From assembly GCF_001194135.2 (NCBI RefSeq), contig NC_068982.1, forward strand, positions 38,658,372 through 38,722,371: 64,000 nt of DNA, given 5' to 3'. This document shows positions 62,895 to 64,000 of this stretch, piece by piece (position 1 is the stretch's first letter; each line of letters opens with the position of its first letter). This DNA is from Octopus bimaculoides (Eukaryota). The notes under the pieces were generated by a model. It made no database searches, had not been told where the DNA came from, and saw only the letters and a program-made list of their open reading frames with translations. The position numbers and the translations under genes were made by a program.

Positions 62895-62946
62895 ATGTCA
62901 CTTAGAAAGGGCAACAAAATGCACAAAAAACCACACAAAAATTATG
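62895..62946 (+). CDS. Uncharacterised secreted protein, coding exon 4 (basic)
   Basis: Long polypyrimidine acceptor tttctttcttttttttgtag|ATG; donor G|gtaagg; 52 nt, phase 0 to 1. Encodes MSLRKGNKMHKKPHKNY. Confidence 0.7.
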
Positions 62947-63026
62947 GTAAGGATAATTCATCTTTTATTATTCATTTATGAGCTCCAAATTTTAGTTTTC
63001 TTTTATTAGAATTATTTCCTTTTCAG

Positions 63027-63097
63027 GGTATAACTGTTTAAAGCTTCTTGATAAAAAAAAAAAAAACAGCAATAAACCCAGAGATGGTGCATGTTAG
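63027..63097 (+). CDS. Possible terminal exon of the secreted protein
   Basis: Acceptor tttccttttcag|GG after an 80-bp intron; in phase 1 it reads (G)YNCLKLLDKKKKNSNKPRDGAC*. The A14 run makes it doubtful; the true next exon may lie beyond the window. Confidence 0.3.
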
Positions 63098-63158
63098 AAT
63101 AGGGATATTGGCTTTATTGTGAGAACAATTTTTTTAACATAAACTTTTCTCTTTTTAA

Positions 63159-63380
63159 CCCTTTTGTTACCATATTTATTTTGAGATGCTCTGTGTTTCT
63201 TTCAATTAATTTTAGATATAATGAAGAATTTAGTAAAATAACTTAGTTATCATTAAGCTAGTGTTAGGAACATAAATTGTTACTAAGGTTTGGTGGAAGA
63301 TTTTAATTCAAAACTTATGAAAACAACTTATTTGTACTACAGAGCCAGAGGCAGTTTCAACCACGTTGATATCGAAAGGG
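63159..63380. mobile_element. piggyBac-type MITE (second family; related partial copy ~4560-4782)
   Basis: TTAA TSD both sides; TIRs CCCTTTTGTTACCA / (reverse complement) CCCTTTCGATATCA. Confidence 0.8.
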
Positions 63381-63531
63381 TTAAATGAAGGTTTAAGAAG
63401 AGAAAAAGATATTTTAATTTTCCATTTTCCAAAATGGAAACATTTTGCAAGCAATATGAGAAAATTAGAGCATTTTCTAAATTATGTAAAATGAACTTAA
63501 AGATTACTGAGTTACAAATAGATTCAGTGAT

Positions 63532-63567
<36 letters not shown>

Positions 63568-64000
63568 TCAGGGATATCCTATTGTCCAACAGTCTGAATG
63601 TAGGTATCTAAGAAATATAATCCTCTATAGTTTTATTTTATTTTTGTTTCTAAAAGTTTTATAAAATCTGGTGTATCAACAGTACGATATATTGATAATT
63701 GAAGTTCAGTTTGGGACTGATACATATCTTGGAGGTGTTCGGTTATGGCATGACAAAGAGAAGTTATATAATCAAAATTTAAGTTGAAAAGTGTCCAAAA
63801 CTACCCTTCTTGAGTGCAATCCCTCTATACCTTACACCAGTGGCTCCCAAACTATTTTGGAGTACTGCTCCCTTGGCACTCTGGCCACATTCCTAGCAAC
63901 CCCCACTCACCATCACAAACAGAGAATACTTTCTGCAGCTAATTCAAAACAGCTGTATTTCACAAATAAAGCTTAATCTAATCGACCCATTATTTTGTTG

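Overview
AT-rich, intron- and repeat-dense animal genomic DNA with nine N-gaps (about 17.5, 23.2, 23.8, 30.8, 34.6, 37.1, 56.9, 59.3 and 60.7 kb). The tRNA-derived SINE families and (AT)n/(CA)n/(CAT)n density look like an octopus (coleoid cephalopod) genome; this is my recognition, not a search result. Two spliced genes could be built by hand with phase-consistent GT-AG introns. (1) A monocarboxylate transporter (SLC16/MCT, MFS) on the minus strand: CDS join(complement(12891..13041, 10599..10715, 3946..4089, 2457..2718, 402..926)), continuing off the left edge. (2) An unidentified secreted glycoprotein or prohormone-like gene on the plus strand: join(48872..49219, 53860..53945, 61553..61880, 62895..62946, possibly 63027..63097). 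The rest is mobile DNA: R4/Dong-like, RTE, Tx1/L1, CR1/L2-type and Penelope retroelement pieces, three SINE families, mariner/Tc1, hAT, piggyBac and Merlin-like elements, a solo LTR and several foldback structures. The most unusual structure is at 41424-42225: a TSD-flanked, head-to-head pair of short repeats, each carrying a decayed minimal type-I hammerhead ribozyme, consistent with a Penelope-mobilised, retrozyme-like element. Most long ORFs in the supplied track are microsatellite, N-gap or repeat artefacts. Repeat boundaries are approximate unless a TSD or TIR is quoted.
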